From an uncultured Enterobacteriaceae bacterium (GTDB taxonomy: Bacteria > Desulfobacterota > Binatia > Bin18): a stretch of DNA of 53,080 bases. Shown piece after piece: positions 28,794 to 37,973 of the stretch (positions are counted from its first letter, which is position 1; each line of letters opens with the position of its first letter). The notes under the pieces are model-generated. The model had not been told where the DNA came from. It did no database searches and worked only from the letters and a program-made list of their open reading frames with translations. The stretch is taken from NCBI GenBank assembly GCA_964502465.1, contig CAZCWX010000671.1, positions 1-53,080 of the forward strand, in the 5' to 3' direction. Both the position numbers and the translations under genes were made by a program.

Positions 28794-30074
28794 ATGTTAG
28801 ACATTAAATTTATTCGCGAACAGCCTGAATTTGTGAAGCAAGAACTAGAGAAAGTCGGTTTTCCTGCTCAAGACCTGGATGCTCTGCTTGAGCTCGATCG
28901 CCGCCGTCGTGTGTTGATCCACGAAACGGAATCGCTGAAAGCCTCCCGCTCTTCACGTTCACAAGCAATTCGGCACCTCACTGACCTGCAGGAACGAGAG
29001 ACTGCTATTGCGGAAATGCGTCAGCTAGGAGATCAGATTGCCAGACTCGAAAAGGAGGCCAACGCCGTCGAGGAGATGTTTCAGCGACGCATGTTGGAGA
29101 TCCCCAATCTACCGCACCCCCGAGTGCCGATTGGTCGAGACGAAAGCGAAAATGTGGTCGTGCGAACCGTTGGTGAGCTTCCCACTTTTTCTTTCCCTCC
29201 TCAACCACACTGGGAACTGGGGGAACGACTGGGGATGATCGATTTTGAGCGGGGCGTAAAAATTGCCGGCTCCCGCTTCTACATCCTCAAAGGTGCAGGG
29301 GCACATTTGCAGCGGGCATTGATCAACTGGATGCTTGACCTGCATGTTCGAGAACATGGCTATACTGAAGTGTACCCTCCGGTCATGGTTAAAAAAGAAT
29401 GCCTGGTCGGCACGGGCAACCTGCCCAAGTTTGGTGACAATTTGTATCGTGACTATGAAGAGGATTTCTGGTTCATTCCGACTGCTGAAGTGCCGGTGAC
29501 GAACCTGTATCGTGACGAGATTATTGAACCAGGGCAGCTGCCAATCTACCATGTGGCGTACACGCCCTGTTTTCGCCGAGAGAAGATGTCTGCTGGCAGA
29601 GACGTGCGCGGTATAAAGCGGGGACACCAGTTTGACAAAGTAGAGATGGTCAAGTTCGTAGAACCCGCAACTTCAGACGTCGAACTCGAGGCGTTAGTAA
29701 ACAATGCAGAAGATGTTTGCCGACGACTTGGTCTGGCCCATCGCGTCGTGCAAATGTGCACTGGGGACCTAAGTTTTGTAGCGGCGATGAAATACGATGT
29801 GGAAGTATGGGCACCCGGATGCCAAGAGTGGTTAGAGGTCAGCTCCTGTTCAAACTTTCGAGATTTTCAGGCCCGTCGGGCCAGAATTCGTTATCGTCCG
29901 GCACCTGGGGCGAAGCCCGAATTGGTGCACACGCTGAACGGATCAGGATTGGCATTGCCTCGCGTGGTGATTGCAGTGTTGGAGACCTATCAACAGGAGG
30001 ATGGGAGCATTCTGATCCCACCAGTCCTGCAGCCCTACATGGACGGAAAAACCAGTATAACGATGGGAAAGTAG
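28794..30074 (+). CDS. serS: seryl-tRNA synthetase
   Basis: [12 protein letters not shown] start. Class II motifs [12 protein letters not shown] and [10 protein letters not shown]. Confidence 0.95.
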   Translation: MLDIKFIREQPEFVKQELEKVGFPAQDLDALLELDRRRRVLIHETESLKASRSSRSQAIRHLTDLQERETAIAEMRQLGDQIARLEKEANAVEEMFQRRMLEIPNLPHPRVPIGRDESENVVVRTVGELPTFSFPPQPHWELGERLGMIDFERGVKIAGSRFYILKGAGAHLQRALINWMLDLHVREHGYTEVYPPVMVKKECLVGTGNLPKFGDNLYRDYEEDFWFIPTAEVPVTNLYRDEIIEPGQLPIYHVAYTPCFRREKMSAGRDVRGIKRGHQFDKVEMVKFVEPATSDVELEALVNNAEDVCRRLGLAHRVVQMCTGDLSFVAAMKYDVEVWAPGCQEWLEVSSCSNFRDFQARRARIRYRPAPGAKPELVHTLNGSGLALPRVVIAVLETYQQEDGSILIPPVLQPYMDGKTSITMGK

Positions 30075-30115
30075 CGCTCTCAAGGCCTGATTGACAGGGG
30101 CAACAATCAGGGGGG

Positions 30116-30529
30116 TTGACGATCTACGGAGAGCTATATACTTATCTGCCCAACACAAAGCGCCCTGTGCCGAACAAAAGAGAAAAAGAAGAGCACAGTC
30201 GGGAACTTGAGGAAAGGATCGAGGACCTGACCAAGGAACTCTCGGGGTTGATCAACGCCTCTGATGATGAGATCAAGGGGCGCGAAGAACTGAGGGATTA
30301 TGCGATCAGCCTCCTACAGGGAGCAACCGAAACGTCGACGGTAGAAGAAGCACCCACAGCAACGAATGCCCCTTCTTCTTTCAACCCCTTTGCCCTGGCG
30401 ATTCCTTTCTTCCTTATCGGTTTTTTCCTCCTGCTGCTCTTCCCGCCGGTCGGCCTATTTCTTATCATTGGTGCCATCATCATGATGATATGGGGAGGGC
30501 TCTTAGCCCTGTTGTTCAAGAAACGCTAG
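30116..30529 (+). CDS. hypothetical membrane-anchored protein (charged coiled N-terminus, C-terminal TM pair)
   Basis: TTG start follows GGGGGG. The C-terminal segments FFLIGFFLLLLFPPVGLFLIIGAIIMMIWGGLLALLF are hydrophobic. It lies directly upstream of the Rieske gene. Confidence 0.5.
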   Translation: MTIYGELYTYLPNTKRPVPNKREKEEHSRELEERIEDLTKELSGLINASDDEIKGREELRDYAISLLQGATETSTVEEAPTATNAPSSFNPFALAIPFFLIGFFLLLLFPPVGLFLIIGAIIMMIWGGLLALLFKKR

Positions 30530-30560
30530 CTTTATGGAATCATGATCAGGAGGTTGCTGC

Positions 30561-31166
30561 ATGGCCAAAGAGAAAGCGACCACGGCCGAAGATCAACAAG
30601 CAGTAGAACAGCGCCGTCGGCAAGAACAGATTGCAGAGCGACAAAAGCGAGAGCAGGAACGGGCCGCCAGGGGCGGCCTGTGGTCTCGCCGAGATTTCTT
30701 TGGTCGGCTGAGTTGGGGAGCCTTTGGGGCCATTTCTCTCATGGGACTGCTCGCGTTTGTCCGCTCGGCATTCCCGCGAGTCCTCTTCGTGCCGCCCTCA
30801 ACGTTTAAGGCTGGATATCCCAATGACTATCCGGTTGGAGAAGTCAGCGAACGATACACCAAAGAATTTCGGGTCTGGATCGTTCGCGAAACCCAAGGCT
30901 TCTACGCCATCTTTGCGAAATGCACTCACCTTGGTTGCACTCCACGTTGGTTGACGTCGGAGAGCAAATTCAAATGCCCATGTCATGGTAGTGGGTTTTA
31001 CATAACTGGCTACAATTTCGAGGGACCGGCCCCGCGCCCCCTGGACCGATTAGAAATCCATGTCGCTGAGGATGGGCAATTAGTGGTGGACAAAAGCAAA
31101 GTGTTCACTATGCAACCCGGTGTTGATCCTAATAAACAACATCCCGACAGTATTCTCAAAATATGA
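30561..31166 (+). CDS. Rieske [2Fe-2S] subunit of a cytochrome bc/b6f-type complex
   Basis: AGGAGG Shine-Dalgarno. Twin-arginine-like SRRDFFGRL. Cluster ligands CTHLGC and CPCHGS. Confidence 0.9.
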   Translation: MAKEKATTAEDQQAVEQRRRQEQIAERQKREQERAARGGLWSRRDFFGRLSWGAFGAISLMGLLAFVRSAFPRVLFVPPSTFKAGYPNDYPVGEVSERYTKEFRVWIVRETQGFYAIFAKCTHLGCTPRWLTSESKFKCPCHGSGFYITGYNFEGPAPRPLDRLEIHVAEDGQLVVDKSKVFTMQPGVDPNKQHPDSILKI

Positions 31167-31178
31167 GGCAGTATAGCT

Positions 31179-31949
31179 ATGAGCCAATGGGATGAATTCA
31201 AACGGCAAGTCATGGAATCACAGACGTGGCAGTCTATTTTTCGCCACGGCTATGAAGATACCCCTCGCAACCGCATCCTCATGGTCTCTGGGAATGTGTG
31301 GCTGCATCTCCATCCTTCCAAGGTGCGCAAACACGCCACGCGGTTGCGCTTTACCTGGTGCATGGGAGGCATCACTTTTCTGATGTTTTTGGTGACGGTC
31401 GTGACTGGTATTTATCTGATGTTTTATTATCGACCGGTCGCCGAGTATGCCTACGCGGACATCAAGTACTTGGAATTCGACATGCCCTTCGGGATGCTGA
31501 TGCGGAACATGCATCGCTGGGCAGCACATGGGATGGTCATTGCCGTATGGCTGCATATGTTCCGGGTATTCATGACCGGATCGTATAAACCTCCCCGTGA
31601 ATTCAATTGGGTTGTTGGTGTGGTTTTGCTGGTGCTGACCCTCTTACTCTCCTTTACCGGATACCTCCTCCCTTGGGACCAACTGTCCATTTGGGCGGTG
31701 TCGGTAGGGTCAAACATGGGAAAAGCCACGCCATTGCTTGGGGCAGAGGGGCCGTTTCACGAGTTCATGGGAGTCAATCCGATCTATGACGCCCGCGCGT
31801 TTCTCTTTGGTGGTGGAGAGATTGGTGCGCATACGCTCCTGCGTTTTTATATCTTACATTGTATCTTTATTCCTCTTGTTGCCAGTCTTTTTATGGCAGT
31901 GCATTTCTGGCGGATACGCCGAGATGGCTTCTCCGGGCCGCCGTTGTAG
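31179..31949 (+). CDS. cytochrome b (b6-like, N-terminal four-helix half)
   Basis: Haem-ligand His pairs in NMHRWAAHGMVIAVWLHMFRVF and FYILHCIFIPLVASLFMAVHFWRIRR. Confidence 0.9.
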   Translation: MSQWDEFKRQVMESQTWQSIFRHGYEDTPRNRILMVSGNVWLHLHPSKVRKHATRLRFTWCMGGITFLMFLVTVVTGIYLMFYYRPVAEYAYADIKYLEFDMPFGMLMRNMHRWAAHGMVIAVWLHMFRVFMTGSYKPPREFNWVVGVVLLVLTLLLSFTGYLLPWDQLSIWAVSVGSNMGKATPLLGAEGPFHEFMGVNPIYDARAFLFGGGEIGAHTLLRFYILHCIFIPLVASLFMAVHFWRIRRDGFSGPPL

Positions 31950-31982
31950 CTGGTAGTAGGGATAATAAAGGAGGACTGTTCC

Positions 31983-32072
31983 GTGCGTGTGTTGGTCACG
32001 CCCATTCTCATTGCCGTGATTCTTGTGCTGCTGTACTGGGCCGCGAAACCGCGTTCACAAAAATCCGAATAA
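31983..32072 (+). CDS. 29-aa single-TM micropeptide between the cytochrome b halves (not in the ORF track)
   Basis: AAGGAGGA at 31968-31975, 8 nt before GTG 31983. It encodes VRVLVTPILIAVILVLLYWAAKPRSQKSE, with TAA at 32070-32072. Confidence 0.55.
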   Translation: MRVLVTPILIAVILVLLYWAAKPRSQKSE

Positions 32073-32090
32073 GCGGAAAGGGAATGTCTT

Positions 32091-32894
32091 ATGGCCGCTG
32101 TTGATGTGAAGGCTCCGGCTAAACGCGTTGAAGTTGCGATCAAGAAAGCGACTGGACCAGGGGATGATAAAGTTCACACTTGGCCGTATCTGGTGCGGAG
32201 CGAGTTTTTATGTTCGTTGTTAGTGATCCTCCTCTTGCTGGTGTGGTCATTGCTGGTGGATGCTCCTCTTGAGGAACCTGCAAACCCAGGGCGTACGCCA
32301 AATCCCTCGAAGGCGCCGTGGTACTTTCTCGGATTACAAGAAATTCTAGTCTTTTTTGATCCGTGGCACGCTGGGGTGGTGGCGCCAACCTTGATCATCG
32401 TGGGTTTGATGGTGATTCCTTATATCGACATCAATCCCAAGGGAAACGGTTATTACACATATAAGGAACGGAAATACGAGATTCTGACATTTCTCTTTGG
32501 CTTCCAAGTGCTGTGGATTTCGACCATTATCATCGGCACCTTCCTCCGGGGGCCTGGGTGGAACTGGTTCTGGCCATGGGAGCCGTGGGATGCTCACAAG
32601 GTCGAAGCGCTATCAAACCAAGACCTCCCGTATCTGTTAGGTATCCGGGACTATTGGGCACAAGCGGCTTTTGGGTTTGCTTTAGTGGTCGGGTTCTTCG
32701 TCCTGGGTACGTTGGCGATGTACTGGTGGGTCATACGGTTGAAAGGACGTGAATTCATGCAACGGTGGGGGGCGGTGCGTTTCGGCCTGACCTCCTTTTT
32801 ATTCTTAAACATGATTGCGGTCGTGATAAAAATGCTTCTTCGCCACATGTTTAATGTCAAATACATTATGGTGACCCCATGGATTAACATCTGA
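32091..32894 (+). CDS. cytochrome b C-terminal half / subunit IV-like protein (extended)
   Basis: PxWYFL-type motif KAPWYFLGLQEIL. Multiple TM helices. Confidence 0.85.
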   Translation: MAAVDVKAPAKRVEVAIKKATGPGDDKVHTWPYLVRSEFLCSLLVILLLLVWSLLVDAPLEEPANPGRTPNPSKAPWYFLGLQEILVFFDPWHAGVVAPTLIIVGLMVIPYIDINPKGNGYYTYKERKYEILTFLFGFQVLWISTIIIGTFLRGPGWNWFWPWEPWDAHKVEALSNQDLPYLLGIRDYWAQAAFGFALVVGFFVLGTLAMYWWVIRLKGREFMQRWGAVRFGLTSFLFLNMIAVVIKMLLRHMFNVKYIMVTPWINI

Positions 32895-33067
32895 TGACGT
32901 TTTACCTGGCCAAATTTTTACAGGCGCTGGGGTGTGCTGACGTGGGGTATGCGTTGTTCGTGGGAATAACGGAAGAACGTGGGATGGGCAAAGAACTATT
33001 GTTGCTGGGAATTGGGATATTGATATTTACTCTCGGGCGCTACCTCGAGAGTAGGGCAACCGCTTAA
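32894..33067 (+). CDS. 57-aa hydrophobic small protein, translationally coupled (not in the ORF track)
   Basis: The ATG at 32894 overlaps the preceding TGA (cTGATGa). It encodes MTFYLAKFLQALGCADVGYALFVGITEERGMGKELLLLGIGILIFTLGRYLESRATA, with TAA at 33065-33067. Confidence 0.5.
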   Translation: MTFYLAKFLQALGCADVGYALFVGITEERGMGKELLLLGIGILIFTLGRYLESRATA

Positions 33068-33077
33068 CGAAACGCTT

Positions 33078-35792
33078 ATGGCACGCAGAGACATTGACGA
33101 CGAAAAAAAATCATACAGTGGGCTTTTCCTGCTGATCGTGGGGTTATTGCTGGTCGGTGGGATCTGGTCAATTTGGGACGACTATATATCACGCCGTCCA
33201 TGGAAAAAGTATCAAGCTGAATTCTCATTAATTGCTTACGATAAAACCAAAAAAGAACTCAGAGAAGAGGAAGAGCGGCTCCAACAAGATCCGACCTACC
33301 AGGAGGTGAAGGCAAAATTCGAGACAGAGCAGCAACAACTCCAAGATGGAGAAATGGGGCAACGCCTTGCTGATCTGACCCAAAAGCTGGCGGGTGCAGA
33401 ACTGCGAGCCAGTGAAATCGAAACCTCCCTCCGTATTGTGAAGAGTGAGATGGAAGCGGCCTGGTATGAGTACGATCATGCCCAGATGCTTGGGCGTGGC
33501 GCTCAGGAAGAGAAACATACTTTGGATACGCTCTCGGCTGAGGCTGCCGTATTGGAAGAACGATTCCGCACTGCCCAAGCTGAGCGCGACCAGATCCAGA
33601 GAGAAATTGACGAAATTACCCTAGAGTTCCAAACCCTGGAAAGCAAACTGCGTGAATTAACAACGCCCAAAGACCGGATTAAGCAACGTCTCGATTCATA
33701 CGTGCTCCTGTCCTTTAACGGGGTTGCCATCCCGCCAATTCCGACGATTCACCAAACCGTTCTTCCTGAGTTCGATCGGGGTAACTTTGATACCTCGCTG
33801 ATGCGAGTTGATCGGTGCCAGTCCTGTCATGCCGGCATTGATCGCAGTGGGTTTGAAGACCAACCCAATCCGCATAAGACTCACCCTTTCCGGGAAATAT
33901 TGCTGAGCAATCATCCGCCGGAGCAGTTCGGTTGTACTCCATGTCATGAGGGCCAGGGAGTGGCGACTAGCAGTGCGAAGCAGGCCCATGGTGAAGTCAT
34001 ATTTTGGGAGCACCCTTTACGGCGCGGTGATAAAGTCGAAGCGAACTGCATTAAATGTCACGCTGATGTACAGGACCTTCCCCATACTAACCAGATTGCC
34101 GCCGGTGAAGCCCTATTTATTCAACTGGGGTGTCATGGCTGTCATCTTGTTGAGGGATATGGGGAGTTACCGAAGATTGGTCCGTATCTCAGGCGAGTTG
34201 CGGCAAAAACTGACCCAGCCTGGATGGTACGCTGGGTCACCAATCCTCAGGCATTTCGTGCTCATTCGCGTATGCCGAACTTTCTTTTAACTGAGGAAGA
34301 AGGGGTTGCTGTTACTGCGTATCTGTTGGATGCCAGTAGACAAGAGGGGGAAGAGTGGCTGCATACCCATCCGGAGCCTGAAGGGATCGATCCGCAAAAT
34401 GCGGCGTTAGTTGAACAAGGCAAAAAACTGATCGAATCGTTAGGGTGTCGCGGATGTCATGGTATTGGCGAAGGAGAAACTGCTACCATTATTGGCCACA
34501 ACAAAGATTTTGCACCAAATCTCGCCGGTATCGCCGAAAAAACAAATGCCCGCTGGCTCTATCACTGGATGAAGAACCCACGCGACTACTCGCCAACAAC
34601 CCCCATGCCAAGTCTCCGTTTGTCTGATGAAGAAGCCAAAGCTATTACGACATACCTCATGACCCTTGGAGAAAAATCGGACAATCGTGAGATTCACGCA
34701 CGTCTGCGTGACCCAGAGGTCATTGCCGACGGCAAGGCACTCACGCGAAAATATGGTTGTTATGGCTGTCACAATATTCCAGGAATGGAAAATGAGGCCC
34801 GTATTGGTGTCGAGTTGACCGCTTTTGGATCAAAAACACTAGAGGAACTCTTTTTTGGCAACCGCACAGACATTCCTCATACCTGGGATGATTGGACATA
34901 CTATAAGCTCAAAGACCCACGCATTTATGCGACTGAGCGTATTGAGCAATTGATGCCGAAATTTGATTTGGCTGAGGCGGATATTAAAGCATTACGGGTA
35001 TTTCTCACCAGCCGGACAGAGCACAAGGTTCCAGAATCCTACCATGCCGTAGTTGGGGACCGTGGCAAACAGCTCGTAGAAGGTCAGCGTCTGATTCAAT
35101 ACTACAACTGCACAGGATGTCATGTCATTGAAGGGAAGGGCGGAAATATTCGGGCTTTATATACAGAGAATCCGACGTTTTCTCCGCCGATTCTCAACGG
35201 TGAAGGGGCGAAAGTGCAGCCAGGATGGTTTTATGGCTTCTTAAAAAACCCTGTTCTTTTGCGACCCTGGCTGCAGGTACGCATGCCAACCTTTCATTTA
35301 TCAGATGAGGAAGCCTATACGATTGTGAATTATTTTACGGCCCAGGCGAGACTCGCAGTTCCGTACATGTACGTTGATCGCAGTAAAATCTCGCCGGAGT
35401 TTATCACTGCCGGCGAAAAGCTCATGTCCGAAGAATATTTTGCGTGTTTTTCGTGCCATCAACAGGGAGAGACAAAACCCGAGGGACCACCCGATGGTTG
35501 GGCTCCAGACCTTGCGATATCAAAGCAGCGGTTGAATCCGGAATGGATTGTTGAGTGGATCCGTGACCCACAAAAGCTCATGCCTGGGACGAGAATGCCG
35601 AGCTTCTATCCGGGTGGGCCTGATGATGTACTGGATGGCAATGAAGAACTGCAGATTGAAGCGATTCGTGACTATTTGATGGTGTTGGGAGAACCAGATA
35701 CGCAGGTCGCCCAGACTAGTAAACCCGTACCCCATGAGGTTAAGAGTTCTAGTGAAGGTAGGGGTGAACCAAGCGAAAGTGAAACCAACTAA
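33078..35792 (+). CDS. membrane-anchored octahaem c-type cytochrome with a long N-terminal coiled-coil
   Basis: Eight CxxCH motifs (CQSCH, CTPCH, CIKCH, CHGCH, CRGCH, CYGCH, CTGCH, CFSCH). N-terminal TM helix LFLLIVGLLLVGGIWSIW, followed by about 170 aa of heptad-rich E/Q/R/L sequence. Confidence 0.9.
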   Translation: MARRDIDDEKKSYSGLFLLIVGLLLVGGIWSIWDDYISRRPWKKYQAEFSLIAYDKTKKELREEEERLQQDPTYQEVKAKFETEQQQLQDGEMGQRLADLTQKLAGAELRASEIETSLRIVKSEMEAAWYEYDHAQMLGRGAQEEKHTLDTLSAEAAVLEERFRTAQAERDQIQREIDEITLEFQTLESKLRELTTPKDRIKQRLDSYVLLSFNGVAIPPIPTIHQTVLPEFDRGNFDTSLMRVDRCQSCHAGIDRSGFEDQPNPHKTHPFREILLSNHPPEQFGCTPCHEGQGVATSSAKQAHGEVIFWEHPLRRGDKVEANCIKCHADVQDLPHTNQIAAGEALFIQLGCHGCHLVEGYGELPKIGPYLRRVAAKTDPAWMVRWVTNPQAFRAHSRMPNFLLTEEEGVAVTAYLLDASRQEGEEWLHTHPEPEGIDPQNAALVEQGKKLIESLGCRGCHGIGEGETATIIGHNKDFAPNLAGIAEKTNARWLYHWMKNPRDYSPTTPMPSLRLSDEEAKAITTYLMTLGEKSDNREIHARLRDPEVIADGKALTRKYGCYGCHNIPGMENEARIGVELTAFGSKTLEELFFGNRTDIPHTWDDWTYYKLKDPRIYATERIEQLMPKFDLAEADIKALRVFLTSRTEHKVPESYHAVVGDRGKQLVEGQRLIQYYNCTGCHVIEGKGGNIRALYTENPTFSPPILNGEGAKVQPGWFYGFLKNPVLLRPWLQVRMPTFHLSDEEAYTIVNYFTAQARLAVPYMYVDRSKISPEFITAGEKLMSEEYFACFSCHQQGETKPEGPPDGWAPDLAISKQRLNPEWIVEWIRDPQKLMPGTRMPSFYPGGPDDVLDGNEELQIEAIRDYLMVLGEPDTQVAQTSKPVPHEVKSSSEGRGEPSESETN

Positions 35793-35847
35793 CCATGCGA
35801 GTGTTTTTTGTGTGTTATCTAAAGAAAATTTGCAGAGGAGGACAGCG

Positions 35848-36570
35848 ATGAAGAGAAGCCTAATAGCGAGTATGGTAGCGGGGGTGGGATTGCATGTTTT
35901 TGCCTTATCCGGGGTGTGGGGATACGAAGTAATCGAGGTAACAGACGGAGGGACTGTCTCAGGGCAAGTAACGTTTGCAGGGGACCCTCCTACTCCCGCA
36001 AAAATCGAAGTGACGAAAGACCAAGAGGTCTGTGGCCAGACCGAAAAGATTGATGAAACACTCCTCGTTGGTCCCGATAAAGGAATTCAGAATGTTGTAG
36101 TTTCGATTAGTGACATTCAAAAAGGGAAGAAGCCAGAAGAGCAGGGGGCTACTCTAGACCAGAAAGACTGTCGATACGCCCCTCATATCGTTTTAACCCC
36201 TGCCGGTGCTGAGATGAGTATTTTGAATAACGATGGGATTTTGCACAATATTCATTCGTACAGCACCAAAAATCCCCCTTTCAACAAAGCCCAGCCAAAG
36301 TTTAGAAAAGAAATGAAGGAAAAGTTCGCCGAGCCGGAGAATGTCAAGCTCACCTGCGATGCCCATGGATGGATGAGCGGTTGGGTCATCGTGATGGATC
36401 ATCCCTATTATGCGGTGACGAAGGACGATGGTTCCTTTGCGATCACCGATGTCCCCCCGGGAGACTATGAGATCAAATTCTGGCATGAGACCCTAGGAGA
36501 GGCAACGCACAAGGTTTCAGTAAAGCCAAAAGAAGAGGCTAAAGTTTCCGTAGAAATGGCTAAAAAGTAA
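35848..36570 (+). CDS. secreted cupredoxin-like (type 1 copper) protein
   Basis: GAGGAGGA Shine-Dalgarno and a signal peptide. Candidate copper ligands are His in LHNIHS and C..H..M in CDAHGWM. Confidence 0.65.
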   Translation: MKRSLIASMVAGVGLHVFALSGVWGYEVIEVTDGGTVSGQVTFAGDPPTPAKIEVTKDQEVCGQTEKIDETLLVGPDKGIQNVVVSISDIQKGKKPEEQGATLDQKDCRYAPHIVLTPAGAEMSILNNDGILHNIHSYSTKNPPFNKAQPKFRKEMKEKFAEPENVKLTCDAHGWMSGWVIVMDHPYYAVTKDDGSFAITDVPPGDYEIKFWHETLGEATHKVSVKPKEEAKVSVEMAKK

Positions 36571-36635
36571 TCTATCAGAAAATCGGCTGAGGACGCCGGG
36601 CGTTAGCCCGGGGGTATCTACTTTCTTAGGGAAAA

Positions 36636-36665
36636 GGGAGCACCTATGAGTGCTCCCTTTTTTTT
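36636..36665 (+). terminator. intrinsic terminator of the bc-complex operon
   Basis: GGGAGCAC (36636-36643), loop ctat, GAGTGCTCCC (36648-36657), then an 8-nt T tract. Confidence 0.8.
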
Positions 36666-36840
36666 GGGAGAGATGGATCAAGAGGTACCATCTACAAAAA
36701 TTGACTATACTCAATTAATGTTTTTCCAGAAATCTAAAAGTTTTTACTTTATAAAAAATTTAGATTTAGTACTTTTTCTATTTGTTTTTATTTTGGAAAA
36801 TAAAAAATTGACTATACTCAAAAATATTAAAAAAATAGAT
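36666..36840. repeat. AT-rich islet containing a 19-bp perfect direct repeat
   Basis: AAAAATTGACTATACTCAA occurs at 36696-36714 and again at 36803-36821. Hand-counted G+C is about 13-17% for the 60-nt lines at 36721-36840. Confidence 0.7.
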
Positions 36841-36957
36841 ACACACGGGCTGACGCCCGTGGCGCTTCCTCAGAACCCGAAGGTCAGTTATACCTGCCCG
36901 GTGTCGACCTACTCTTGAAATTCCACGTCCCTCTTAATCCAATAGTTCAGACAAAAA

Positions 36958-37821
36958 TCAGGCAGCAATCGCGCCATAAGTTCTGAGATTCTCATACGCG
37001 GGGTGATTTTTCACCCATGTGGGGTCGAGAGCTAAGTTTTCGATAAATACGTCGAGCAACCGTTCATTGAATTGCCGTTGTTTGCATCTGGCCATGGAGA
37101 AGACGTGGGGGAGCAGGTCGGGCTGGGTTCGCAGTTCCTCCGCCCGTGCTAGATTGAGGGTCGCCAGCACGGCGTTGAAATGAAAATCGAGGACGGCTGC
37201 GGCGCGCGACTGACAATCGGCGAGGCCGGTAAACTGTTTGCTATCGCGGAAGAGAAACTCGATCTGGAACCGCGCGACGTAGTACTCCACCAGCGTGTGG
37301 CCGTCCAGTTCCAGAGCGGTGGAGGCCAAGACAATATAGCGGGGCTTGGCGGGATCTTTGCGATTGACGAGCACCACCACGCGCAGCTTGCGCTTGAGCG
37401 ACACGTGCCAGACCAGGGCCGTGTAGAGATGGCTATGGGCTCGCTCCTCCAACGTCCCAAGGTTTTCGAAACGCTGGAGATCCTGAAAGTTGACCTTACC
37501 ATCATACTTACGCTGCGCGCCGCGGCGCTTGGGGTGGGGGCCGGTATAGAGGAACCGACAGTCCGCATCGGCGCGCAGCTTCGTGATCGGGTGCAGCTTG
37601 AGGGCCACGACTTCGTCGATATCTTTCTTTTTCGCAAAGTAGCCGTCCACCCAGGGATATGTAATGCTCGCGGGCAAGCGCACCCGCTGCTCGCGCCGTT
37701 GCTGCTTGGAGAAATCCACTCGGGTCTCCTCCGCGGCCTGCGGGCTCCTTGCCTGGTCTTCCCCCGGTGGCGTCTGCGCCCCGGCGAGCGTGAACGCGCA
37801 CCGGCGTGTCACATCCACCAC
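36958..37821 (-). CDS. IS4-superfamily DDE transposase, N-terminally truncated
   Basis: Y(2)R(3)E(6)K signature in YYVARFQIEFLFRDSK. The segment is markedly more GC-rich than its flanks. The N-terminal catalytic region is absent. Confidence 0.75.
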   Translation of the reverse strand: MVDVTRRCAFTLAGAQTPPGEDQARSPQAAEETRVDFSKQQRREQRVRLPASITYPWVDGYFAKKKDIDEVVALKLHPITKLRADADCRFLYTGPHPKRRGAQRKYDGKVNFQDLQRFENLGTLEERAHSHLYTALVWHVSLKRKLRVVVLVNRKDPAKPRYIVLASTALELDGHTLVEYYVARFQIEFLFRDSKQFTGLADCQSRAAAVLDFHFNAVLATLNLARAEELRTQPDLLPHVFSMARCKQRQFNERLLDVFIENLALDPTWVKNHPAYENLRTYGAIAA

Positions 37822-37847
37822 CGCCAGCGTCGAAATTTATCGTCCCC

Positions 37848-37973
37848 GTTCCGCCCATAGATCTTCTTGAGCCACGGGAACCGCGTCCGCACTGCGCGGC
37901 TCGTGTGGGCTTTGAGTTTGCCAATGAGGGCCAACACCGCATACTTCGGAGGAATCACCATGATCAGATGCAC
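37848..37973 (-). pseudogene. IS200/IS605-family Y1 transposase (TnpA) internal fragment
   Basis: The minus strand reads VHLIMVIPPKYAVLALIGKLKAHTSRAVRTRFPWLKKIYGRNG, which matches the HVHLLVxxPPKxSxSxxxxxLKGxTSRxxxxxFPxLKKxYWG pattern. A stop lies immediately upstream, at 37980-37982. Confidence 0.6.

Noticed and set aside
30075-30115. Hairpin CCTGATTG-N10-CAATCAGG after serS as a terminator
   Set aside because: No T tract follows. It directly abuts the RBS and TTG start of the next gene, so it is more likely incidental or a minor structural element.
36646-36918. 90-aa ORF across the AT-rich islet
   Set aside because: It starts inside the terminator hairpin, is low-complexity (K/F/L/I-rich from AT-rich DNA), and has no RBS.
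37149-37942. Alternative ORFs 37149..37637(-), 37180..37860(+), 37508..37942(-) and 37664..37870(+)
   Set aside because: These are shadow frames of a GC-rich transposase segment. They are Arg/Ala/Pro-rich with no motifs.
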